DNA of 64,000 nt from an uncultured Acidobacteriota bacterium. Its GTDB lineage: Bacteria; Acidobacteriota; Thermoanaerobaculia; UBA5066. The position numbers and the translations under genes are program-made. The notes below the pieces were generated by a model. It saw only the letters and a program-made list of their open reading frames with translations. It ran no database searches and was not told the origin of the DNA. Where the stretch lies: the NCBI GenBank assembly GCA_963779415.1, contig CAVZYA010000001.1, positions 480,001-544,000 of the forward strand, given 5' to 3'. Below, in pieces: positions 50,930 to 58,978 of this stretch (position 1 is its first letter; each line of letters begins with the position of its first letter).

Positions 50930-51402
50930 TGACGACGGACGACACCCTCTCGCGGGACGAGCCGCCCCGGGCGACGCCGGATCTGTTGCGGGACATAAGA
51001 ACCATGCGCGCCGGCAGGCGGCGGAAGGAGCCCTTTCGGACGAGCCTCTACTCCCGGGTCGGGGGTCTGGTGAGGCGATATGGCCTGGACGAGGCGTTCC
51101 TCCGGGCGCTCGACTCCCCGGGCGGCTTCTCCCGGGACGGCCGTCCGGATGCCGTCCGGCCGAAGGGGAAAGCGCCCTATGCTCCTCCCCTCTTTTTCCT
51201 TTCCACGGAGAGAGAGCACCGCGTGACGACGGTCATCCTGGAGAAAGTGAAGAGCCCGTTCCTCGCGTACGCCACGTCGCCCGACGAGATTCTCCTCTGC
51301 GAACGCCTGTTCCGTGAGGACCCGTCCCTTTCTCAGGAAACGCTCGCGTGCCATCATTTCGAGACGTTGATGCCGGCCGGAGCGGATTCCGGGCCGGGCT
51401 GA
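50929..51402 (+). CDS. Hypothetical 157-aa protein
   Basis: TGATG overlap with the E2-like gene, start MTTDDT. C-terminal part of ORF 49951..51402. Confidence 0.65.
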   Translation: MTTDDTLSRDEPPRATPDLLRDIRTMRAGRRRKEPFRTSLYSRVGGLVRRYGLDEAFLRALDSPGGFSRDGRPDAVRPKGKAPYAPPLFFLSTEREHRVTTVILEKVKSPFLAYATSPDEILLCERLFREDPSLSQETLACHHFETLMPAGADSGPG

Positions 51403-51417
51403 GGCGGGAGGAGAGTC

Positions 51418-52518
51418 GTGGAACGGATTTCGCCGCAACGCCGCCGGGAGATCGGGGAGAGAGTCGGCGCATTCCGCGAGAGCCAGGTCGGCGACGCCGT
51501 CAATCAGATTCTCGAGTTCGACAAGACGCCGGCCGACCTCAAGGCCTACATGGACCGGTTCGTCATCGGCCAGGAGCAGGGGAAGAAGATCATCTCCGTC
51601 GGCATCGCCTACCATTACCGGAGGCTCGCGGCGGCCCTCAGGCGCGCCGTCGTCGAGAACGGCGAGGAGCTGGGCGCCGCCTTGCACGGCGCGGCCACGC
51701 CGAAGGCCAACATCCTGATCGTGGGGCCCCCCGGCTGCGGGAAGACCTACACGGGCGAGGTCGCCTCCCGGCTCGTGGGGGTGCCGTTCGCCGTGGAGGA
51801 CCTGACGAAGTTCAGCGAAACGGGCTACGTGGGCCAGAACGTGAGCGACATCCTCCTGGACCTGCTGATCGCGGCCGGCGGCAACCCCCAGGTGGCCCAG
51901 ATGGGCATCGTCTACCTGGACGAGATCGACAAGATCGCCGCCGAGCCGATCGTCTCGAAGGACGTGTCGGGGCGCGGGGTCCAGAAGGGGCTCCTCAAGC
52001 TCGTCGAGGGGGCCGAGAACACCATCGACCTGGGCCAAGAACGGATCTCCCTTTCCACCCGACACGTCCTGTTCATCGCAGGAGGCGTGTTCGAGGGGCT
52101 GGAAGGAACCGTCGGAAAGCGGATGGAAAGGGATCGTCTCGAAGGCGAGTGGAAGGACCACCTCCTCACGGACGACTTCGTCGGCTGCGGGATGGAGCGG
52201 CAGCTCATGGGGAGGTTCCCCGTTCGGGCCGTCTACGACCCGCTCAGCGTCGAAGACCTCAAGAACATCCTGCTCGAGAGCGAGGAGAGTCCGTCCCGCG
52301 CCTACATCGACGACCTGAAGGCGTGGAACATCGAACTCCGGTTCACGGACGGCGCTCTCACGGAGGTCGCGAGGCGCGCGCAGCAGGATCGGACGGGCGC
52401 CCGGGGACTCATCGGCATCCTCCACAAGGTGCTTCTGGAGGACATGTACCGGCTTCCGGGCGTCCACACCGGCGAGCTGGTGGTGGACGAGAAGTACATC
52501 CGGGAGCGGCTCGGGTGA
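51418..52518 (+). CDS. ClpX-like AAA+ ATPase lacking the zinc-binding domain and IGF loop
   Basis: VIGQE, Walker A GPPGCGKT, pore loop GYVG, Walker B YLDEIDK, DVSG.GVQ..LLKL, GRFP, GARGL. Confidence 0.88.
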   Translation: MERISPQRRREIGERVGAFRESQVGDAVNQILEFDKTPADLKAYMDRFVIGQEQGKKIISVGIAYHYRRLAAALRRAVVENGEELGAALHGAATPKANILIVGPPGCGKTYTGEVASRLVGVPFAVEDLTKFSETGYVGQNVSDILLDLLIAAGGNPQVAQMGIVYLDEIDKIAAEPIVSKDVSGRGVQKGLLKLVEGAENTIDLGQERISLSTRHVLFIAGGVFEGLEGTVGKRMERDRLEGEWKDHLLTDDFVGCGMERQLMGRFPVRAVYDPLSVEDLKNILLESEESPSRAYIDDLKAWNIELRFTDGALTEVARRAQQDRTGARGLIGILHKVLLEDMYRLPGVHTGELVVDEKYIRERLG

Positions 52519-53321
52519 GATTCCGGGGGCTCTCGGAGCTGAAGCGCGCGCCATGCTTCGAGGCTCCCGTGGGAACCCTGCCGGAGTGGATCCGGATGAC
52601 GCGTCACTCCCTCGCGAAGGCCTTCAAGATCAACGAGCTCGTCCGGTCCGTCCACGGGGACAGCTACGAGTGGTACGGATTCACCGTCGCCGAGCGGAGC
52701 GATCCGGAGCTGGTCGTGGACGTTCTTCTTCCGGCCAACGACGAGAACTTCACGGACCACACCCGCGTCGCACCCGAGGCGATCGACGCGTCGAGAGAGT
52801 CCCTCCCCCGGGATCGGGTGATCAACGGCTGGATCCACTCCCACGGGGCCCTGCCGTACGAAGGGTTCTCCTTCGTGGACGAGAGGAACCAGGAGGCCGT
52901 GACCGATTACGTGAACACGCTTCTCAGGAAGCCGGTGGCCAAGAAGGAGATCCTGATCAGGGACCTCGCGATCCTCGTCGAGGGCCGCTTCTCGGAGAAG
53001 GAGCTGGAGCAGGGAAGCGTCGCGCTCATCACCGACGCCCCCGTCAAGGAGGCCCGGATCATCGAGACCATATACGGAAGCTTCTGCTTCGCCATCGTCA
53101 TCGGCGACGACGGCTGGCACAGGCAGCAGGTCCATTACCGCAGGCGGGGCATCCTTTCCGGGCAGACGACCGAGGAGAGCCGGGACACCGACATCGTCCT
53201 TTCGGGCGACGCGCGGCCGCTCACCGAGGCGGAGATCCAGATGCTGGCGGACGAGGTCCGCACCCGGATCCGGCCGGGCGTGGCCGTTCCACCCGAGCGG
53301 TTCGAGCGGGAGGCGACATAA
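52515..53321 (+). CDS. JAB/JAMM (MPN+) metallopeptidase
   Basis: GTGA overlap with the ATPase. Upstream Glu (YEWYGF) and GWIHSHG...FSFVD (HxH-x7-S-x2-D type motif). Confidence 0.82.
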   Translation: MRFRGLSELKRAPCFEAPVGTLPEWIRMTRHSLAKAFKINELVRSVHGDSYEWYGFTVAERSDPELVVDVLLPANDENFTDHTRVAPEAIDASRESLPRDRVINGWIHSHGALPYEGFSFVDERNQEAVTDYVNTLLRKPVAKKEILIRDLAILVEGRFSEKELEQGSVALITDAPVKEARIIETIYGSFCFAIVIGDDGWHRQQVHYRRRGILSGQTTEESRDTDIVLSGDARPLTEAEIQMLADEVRTRIRPGVAVPPERFEREAT

Positions 53322-53358
53322 GGTCGGCGGCGGCCTGGGGCGAAGGGACGCGATCGGC

Positions 53359-54636
53359 ATGGAGACGGGACCGGCTCGCGAGAAGGCGCATGACCCGAGG
53401 CTGGACCGCCAGCTCCGGATCCCGAACTGGAACCAGCGGGCCCTCGAGGAGGCGCGGCTCGCCGTCTTCGGCGACGACGACCTTCTCGCCTCGCTCTACG
53501 TCCTCTCCGCCGCGGCCCTCGGCGTGAACGACGTCGTCCTGATCGCGCCCGCCTGGAATGAGAAGCTGATCGAAATCGCCCGCCAGCTCAATCCGAGGCT
53601 CAGGCTGGCCCTCCTCGAGGGGCTCCACACCCACCCGGTCCTGGAGGAGCTCTTCAGGCCCTGCACGGCCATCGTGGACCTCACCCGCTACGCTCTGGCC
53701 AACAAGCTTCTGCTGGAGACGGGCTACCGGTCGGGAATTCCGGTGATCCGTGGGTTCTGCCTCGAGAAAGACGGGTGGGAAGGGCTCTCCGTCTTCACCT
53801 ACAGGCGCGGCCGGGAGTGGGAGGAGCTCCGGGAGCTCGTCTCGCCCTCCAATCTTCCCTGCGACCACTTCGACGACGCGATTCTGGCCCTCGTCGCGGC
53901 CGGCATCGCCCTGGAAGAAACCAAGAACGTCATCATGGGACACCGGGTGTCGGAGGAGCTGATCGGCTACAGGCGGCCGAAGGTGGTTCCCCTGGAGCCC
54001 GACTCCGGCGTCATCATCGTCGGCGCCGGCGCCCTGGGTAACTTCGTCGGGCTCGGACTGGCCTGTACGGGGCTCCGGCGAATCACGGTCGTCGATCCCG
54101 ACGTGGTGGACGTGACTAACCTCAACAGGCAGGTGCTCCTGGCCGGCGGCGTAGGCCGAAGCAAGGCCGAGGTCCTCTGCGAGCGCCTGCACTCCCTCTT
54201 CGGAATCCGGGCGGAGGCCCGGGTGGCTTATTTCCGGAAGGACTCCGAGCTCGACGCCTCCGACGCTGTCTTCGATTGCGTGGACAACTTCGAGACCCGG
54301 GTGATCCTGAGTGAGAGGTGCCGGGAAGAGGGAAAGGTGCTCATCAGCGGCGGCACGGGCCCTCAGGCCGGACAGGTCATCGTGTTCGATCCGGCGCGCC
54401 CGAGCGAAACGCCCGCGGAGGTTCTGGGACTCTACGAAATCGTCGAGAGGCGGGAGATCGACGCCTTCCGGAGGGAGACGGCGTCCTGCGCCTACCAGCC
54501 CGATCCGTCCGTCGTCATGACGAATCAGATTATCGGAGGATTGATGGCCGATTCCTATCGTAGGCTCCTGGCCGGAGAGGAGACCCCGAATATCTTCTAC
54601 GATTCGAGGAACGACGCCCGGATCTTCGGGGGGTGA
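53359..54636 (+). CDS. E1-like ThiF-family enzyme with tandem inactive and active adenylation domains
   Basis: N-domain RLDRQLRI...AVFGDDDLLA (degenerate nucleotide loop). C-domain IVGAGALG, DPDVVDVTNLNRQ, DCVDNF, candidate catalytic Cys in TASCAYQPDP. Confidence 0.88.
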   Translation: METGPAREKAHDPRLDRQLRIPNWNQRALEEARLAVFGDDDLLASLYVLSAAALGVNDVVLIAPAWNEKLIEIARQLNPRLRLALLEGLHTHPVLEELFRPCTAIVDLTRYALANKLLLETGYRSGIPVIRGFCLEKDGWEGLSVFTYRRGREWEELRELVSPSNLPCDHFDDAILALVAAGIALEETKNVIMGHRVSEELIGYRRPKVVPLEPDSGVIIVGAGALGNFVGLGLACTGLRRITVVDPDVVDVTNLNRQVLLAGGVGRSKAEVLCERLHSLFGIRAEARVAYFRKDSELDASDAVFDCVDNFETRVILSERCREEGKVLISGGTGPQAGQVIVFDPARPSETPAEVLGLYEIVERREIDAFRRETASCAYQPDPSVVMTNQIIGGLMADSYRRLLAGEETPNIFYDSRNDARIFGG

Positions 54637-54709
54637 TAGAGTCGCGGCGAATTGCGTCCTGACGTGATGCGACGGCGAAAGGCCGCGGATCAGGGCCGAA
54701 GGAGCCGAG

Positions 54710-55933
54710 ATGAGCAGCGAGAACGACGTCGCGCAGACTCAGGAGGACCAGCCGATCGGCTGGCAGCGCCTCGGCGACGTCCTGACACCGCCGATTCCCG
54801 GCTTCGAGGACCTCCTCTTCCTTCCGAGCCTCGACAATCAGTCCTCCAACATCTACGTCCTGCCGGGGGACTGCGTAACGATCGTGGACCCGGGGAACGA
54901 TTACACGGCCTTAATGGAGCTCTTCCCTGCGAGAGCCAGGCCCGAGGACGTCAGGAAGATCGTCCTGACGCACGGGCATTTCGACCACGCCATGGGGGCG
55001 CTCGAGTTCCTCAGGACGTATCCGGATCGCCCCACGGGCGCGCGCATCGAGCTGATCCTCCACGAAGGGGGTCCCGACCAGTTCAAGCAGACGGCGAGGG
55101 AGCAGGGCGCCTCCGTGACCGAGGTACGGGGCGGGGAGACTCTCGAGCTGAGCGGCCTTTCCTTCGACGTGATCTACACGCCAGGCCATACCATCGACGG
55201 CATCGCCCTCTATCACGCCCCCTCGAGGACCGTCTTCAGCGGCGACGTCGTGCTGCCGCTCGCGGTAGCCGGACCCGATCCCAAGGCCGGGGGAAGCCTG
55301 GACCAGTACCTGTTCGGGCTGAGGGCGTTGCTCGCGAGGGAGATCGAGAACGTCCTCCCGGGCCACGGCCCCGTCGTCGGCCCGGGCGGGAGGAAGGTCA
55401 TCGAGCAGACCTACGAGGCCGTCATGATGAAGCTCCTGGGGGTCGAGAAGCCGATCCCGTGGATCCAGGGTGCCATTCAGCTCGCGGAGCGCGGGCTGCT
55501 GGAAGAGGCCGTTTTCTGCGCCGGGAAAGAGCTGGCCCGCGACCCGGGGCACGCCAAGGCCCTCGAGCTCAAGGCCGTGTGCCTCAACGATCTCGGGCGG
55601 TCGTCTGAGGCCCTCGAGGTCCTGGATCGGCTGCAGGAGCTGCAGGCCGGCGACGATGCGTTCATCCACGTCGGCAGGGGATATGCCCTCATGGGGCTTG
55701 GCCAGTTCGAGGAGAGCGTCAAGTGCTTCGACGCCGCTCTCCGCATCACGCCGGGCCTGAGGGACGCGCTCGTCTACAAGGGGATGGCCCTCCATCTCTC
55801 GGGGAACCACGAGGAGGCCATGGACATCGAGCCCTTCAGGACGGAGTTCATGGGGCGGTTCCGGAGCGAGCTGCTCAAGGCGTCGCGGCCCGCCCCGAAG
55901 GATGGCCTCGCCGAAGGCACTGGAAAGGCCTGA
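54710..55933 (+). CDS. Metallo-beta-lactamase-fold hydrolase with C-terminal TPR repeats
   Basis: THGHFDH, TPGHT, SGD, PGHG metal ligands. TPR-like helices in the last ~150 aa. Confidence 0.88.
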   Translation: MSSENDVAQTQEDQPIGWQRLGDVLTPPIPGFEDLLFLPSLDNQSSNIYVLPGDCVTIVDPGNDYTALMELFPARARPEDVRKIVLTHGHFDHAMGALEFLRTYPDRPTGARIELILHEGGPDQFKQTAREQGASVTEVRGGETLELSGLSFDVIYTPGHTIDGIALYHAPSRTVFSGDVVLPLAVAGPDPKAGGSLDQYLFGLRALLAREIENVLPGHGPVVGPGGRKVIEQTYEAVMMKLLGVEKPIPWIQGAIQLAERGLLEEAVFCAGKELARDPGHAKALELKAVCLNDLGRSSEALEVLDRLQELQAGDDAFIHVGRGYALMGLGQFEESVKCFDAALRITPGLRDALVYKGMALHLSGNHEEAMDIEPFRTEFMGRFRSELLKASRPAPKDGLAEGTGKA

Positions 55934-56058
55934 AAAAAGACTTCGAGATCCCGGGGCCAAGGGATAGACTCGCTCGCGTTTCACCCCAGATTCCGACCGC
56001 GGCCCGCGTCGCCGGCCTCTCCCGGCGAGCCGGGCAAGAGACAGGAGGAGACGTCGCC

Positions 56059-57732
56059 GTGAGCACGATTCCCGAAAACTATCTTCCCCCGAAGGAGTTC
56101 CAACCCGAGCGGATCTACAAGCTGAAGGAGTTCGCGAGCTACCCGGATCCGCTGAACAGCACCGAGGAGCTACTCGACAAACAGATCGCCGCGGGCCGGG
56201 GCGACAGCCCGGCGGTCCTCTTTGCGGACAAGGTCCTGACCTACAAGCAGCTTCTGGGGGCGTCCTGCAAGATCGGGAACGCGCTCCGGAAGCTGGGGGT
56301 CGAGGAGTCGGACCGGGTGTTGCTCCGCTCTCCGAACGTTCCGCCCGCCCTCTTCACGAACTTCGGGGTCCTGAGGCTCGGGGCGGTCATCGTCCCGACC
56401 TCTCACATGCTCTCCCCCCCGGAGATCATCCACATCGCCAACAACGCCGAGGCGAAGGTGATCGTGGTGGCGTCCGCGTTCCTCGAAGGGGTCATCAAGG
56501 CGCGCCCGAACCTGAAGACCGTCAAGCACGTCATCGTCTTCGGCGGCCAGCCCGAGGAGCTGAAGAAGCAGGATCTTCTCTGCTACGAGGAGCTCGTCGC
56601 GAACGAGGCGCCGGCCTTCGCCCCGGTACGCCGTCCGCGCAAAGCCGTCGCCGTTCTTCTTTACACCTCGGGCACGACCGGCCTGCCGAAAGGGACGGTC
56701 CACTACCAGGAAGAGGCCCTGATCGTTCCGGACACCTTCGGCAAGTACGGATGGAACGTCCAGCCGGAAGACATCATCTGCGGACCCGCGCCCATCTCGC
56801 TGGCCGGCGGATACTCGACCGTGGCGACGATCCCCTTCCGGTTCGGCGCCGCGGCCTCCCTGATTCCCAAATTCACGCCGGACGGGCTCTTCGAGACGGT
56901 CCAGAATCACAAGGTGACGATCCTGAGCGCCCTCCCCACGGCGTACCGCAAGATGCTCGAGGTTCCCGGCGCGGAGAAGAAATACAACCTCTCCACCCTC
57001 CGCGTCCTGACCGGTGGCGGTGAATCGCTGACCGCAAAAACCTACAACGACTGGAAGGGGCGCTTCGGCCAGGAGATCTACGAGGGGCTCGGCACGTCGG
57101 AGATGATGTACGTCTTCGTCTCGAGCGTGGTGACGCGGAAAGTCAAGCCCGGCGCGATCGGCACCGCCGTCCCCGGTTACGAGATCCAGGTCATCACCGA
57201 GGAGGGAAAGGTCGCCAAGCCCGGAGAGCTGGGCCGGCTTTACGCCCGCGGGCCGACGGGGACGCTCTACTGGCGCCCGTACGAGGACGGCGGCAGCATG
57301 CTGGAGAAGCAGAAAGCCGTCATCCGCGAGGGGTGGGTGCTCGTCGGGGACTTCTGCACGATAGACGACGACGGGTACCTCAGCTTCGTGTCGCGCCAGG
57401 AGGACCTGATCAAGAGCTCCGGCTACCGGATCGGACCCGAGGAGGTCGAGGACGCTCTTCTCAAGCACCCGGCCGTGGCGGACGCCGGCGTGATCGGGGT
57501 TCCGGACCCCGTCCGGGGCCACAACGTCAAGGCCTTCGTCCTCCTGAGGCCCGGACAGACGCCGAGCGACGAGCTGAAGCAGCAGATCATCGACAGTTGC
57601 CGAGATCACATCGCGATCTACAAGCTTCCCCGCATCATCGAATTCACGAGCGAACTCCCGCGCACCCTCCAGGGGAAGCTCCTCCGGCGGGTTCTGCGGG
57701 ACAAGGACAAGGGGGCGGCTCCCGCGAGCTAG
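56059..57732 (+). CDS. AMP-forming acyl-CoA ligase (benzoate/2-aminobenzoate-CoA ligase-like subfamily)
   Basis: RBS AGGAG + GTG. YTSGTTGLPKG, EGLGTSE, GD, SR.EDLIKSSGYRI.P.EVE, LPRT..GKL.R. Confidence 0.88.
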   Translation: MSTIPENYLPPKEFQPERIYKLKEFASYPDPLNSTEELLDKQIAAGRGDSPAVLFADKVLTYKQLLGASCKIGNALRKLGVEESDRVLLRSPNVPPALFTNFGVLRLGAVIVPTSHMLSPPEIIHIANNAEAKVIVVASAFLEGVIKARPNLKTVKHVIVFGGQPEELKKQDLLCYEELVANEAPAFAPVRRPRKAVAVLLYTSGTTGLPKGTVHYQEEALIVPDTFGKYGWNVQPEDIICGPAPISLAGGYSTVATIPFRFGAAASLIPKFTPDGLFETVQNHKVTILSALPTAYRKMLEVPGAEKKYNLSTLRVLTGGGESLTAKTYNDWKGRFGQEIYEGLGTSEMMYVFVSSVVTRKVKPGAIGTAVPGYEIQVITEEGKVAKPGELGRLYARGPTGTLYWRPYEDGGSMLEKQKAVIREGWVLVGDFCTIDDDGYLSFVSRQEDLIKSSGYRIGPEEVEDALLKHPAVADAGVIGVPDPVRGHNVKAFVLLRPGQTPSDELKQQIIDSCRDHIAIYKLPRIIEFTSELPRTLQGKLLRRVLRDKDKGAAPAS

Positions 57733-57759
57733 GCGCCGACCCCGGCGAGGAGGCCGGCC

Positions 57760-58572
57760 ATGGCGGTCGTCACGGTGTCGCGCGGAGCCGGGAGCAAGGG
57801 GCAGGCATTCGCCCGGCAGCTTGCCGACCGCCTTGGATACGAGCTCGTCAGCCGGGAGGACGTCGTTCAGGCGGCGGCTAAATCCGGCGTCCCCGCCGAG
57901 AGGTTGCAAAAAGCGCTTCTCGAGGCGCCCGGCTTCTGGGACAGGCTCACCCTCGACCGGAAGCGATATCTGGCGTTCGTCCAGGCGGCGCTTTCGGAGC
58001 GGGCCCGCAAGGACCGGATCGTCTACGAGGGGAACGCGGGACACCTGCTGCTCCGCGGCGTCTCGCACGTCGTCTGCATTCGTCTCCTGGCGCCGCTCTC
58101 GCACCGCGTCCAGACGGCCGTGGAAACTCTCGGGATGAGTCACGACGAAGCCGTTCGTTACATCGAGAGCTCGGATCACGAACGGGAGAACTGGACGCGC
58201 TTTCTCTACGGCGTGGACTGGCTCGATGCCGCCCTCTACGACGTCACCCTCAATCTGAGGACGCTCCTGATCGACGGCGCCGTCGAGGCGGCGCTGGCGG
58301 TCGTCCAGCGCCCGGAGTTCGCGCCGACCGGAGAGAGCCGGAGCGCGATGGAGAACCTCGTTCTGGAAAGCCGCGTGCAGGCGGCCCTCGCGTCCAATGG
58401 CGAGACCGCGGCGGCGGCGGTCCAGGTACATGCCGGGGACGGAGTCGTGTCGCTTCGGGGCCGGGTCCGCCCGGCCCGGATGGTCGACGCCGTCCTCGGC
58501 GTCGTCGGCCGCGTGGACGGTGTGAAGGAGATCGACTCGCGGGACCTCGGAGCGCCCGACTACACCGTTTAG
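57760..58572 (+). CDS. Cytidylate-kinase-like family protein with C-terminal BON domain
   Basis: VVTVSRGAGSKG P-loop-like, YD.TLN. BON-like VQVHAGDGVVSLRG. Confidence 0.8.
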   Translation: MAVVTVSRGAGSKGQAFARQLADRLGYELVSREDVVQAAAKSGVPAERLQKALLEAPGFWDRLTLDRKRYLAFVQAALSERARKDRIVYEGNAGHLLLRGVSHVVCIRLLAPLSHRVQTAVETLGMSHDEAVRYIESSDHERENWTRFLYGVDWLDAALYDVTLNLRTLLIDGAVEAALAVVQRPEFAPTGESRSAMENLVLESRVQAALASNGETAAAAVQVHAGDGVVSLRGRVRPARMVDAVLGVVGRVDGVKEIDSRDLGAPDYTV

Positions 58573-58600
58573 GCGAGACGGCCGAAAATCTCCGTTCCCC

Positions 58601-58978
58601 TCAGGACTTCGGACCCCCCGTCAGGCTCACGATGAGGTCCCGAAGCTGCGTGATCTTGAACGGCTTGGGAATGAAATCCACCGCTCCGCTCCGCATCGCC
58701 TCGCGCGCCGTGTCGACGGTGGCGAAACCGGTGATGATGATCACCTTCGTCGCCGGCGCGTGCTCCTGCGCAAACCGGAGGACATCGATGCCGTCCGGCC
58801 CCTGCATCTTGAGATCCGTCACGAGGACGTCGAATTTCTCTTCCATCAGCCGGTCGATGACCTTCTGGCTGTCCGTGTAGGTCTCCACTTCGAAGCCGCT
58901 CTTCTCCAGCGCCGGCTTGAGCCTCTCGCACACGATGGGCTCGTCGTCGAGGATCAGGATCCTCCGTTTGCCTCTCAT
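58601..58978 (-). CDS. Single-domain response regulator
   Basis: ILDDE, TDLKM, ITGF, KPF. Confidence 0.93.
   Translation of the reverse strand: MRGKRRILILDDEPIVCERLKPALEKSGFEVETYTDSQKVIDRLMEEKFDVLVTDLKMQGPDGIDVLRFAQEHAPATKVIIITGFATVDTAREAMRSGAVDFIPKPFKITQLRDLIVSLTGGPKS

Noticed and set aside
46887-51402. Selenocysteine read-through at TGA stops of the Cys-rich small ORFs
   Set aside because: The TGA codons are followed by RBSs or overlap the next start codon. No convincing SECIS hairpin or in-frame continuation was seen.
51418-52518. Calling this the housekeeping clpX
   Set aside because: No zinc-binding domain, no IGF loop and no tig/clpP/lon context.
53359-54636. MoeB/ThiF for molybdopterin, thiamine or cysteine sulfur transfer
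   Set aside because: No moaE, thiG, cysM, rhodanese or desulfurase nearby. Tandem domains with no CxxC pairs, and an E2-like partner is present. Not fully excluded without experiments.
48567-55933. Assignment to CBASS (Cap2/Cap3), Pup/UBact or PRTRC
   Set aside because: No CD-NTase, PafA/Dop ligase, proteasome subunit or ParB gene is seen, and the gene set differs.
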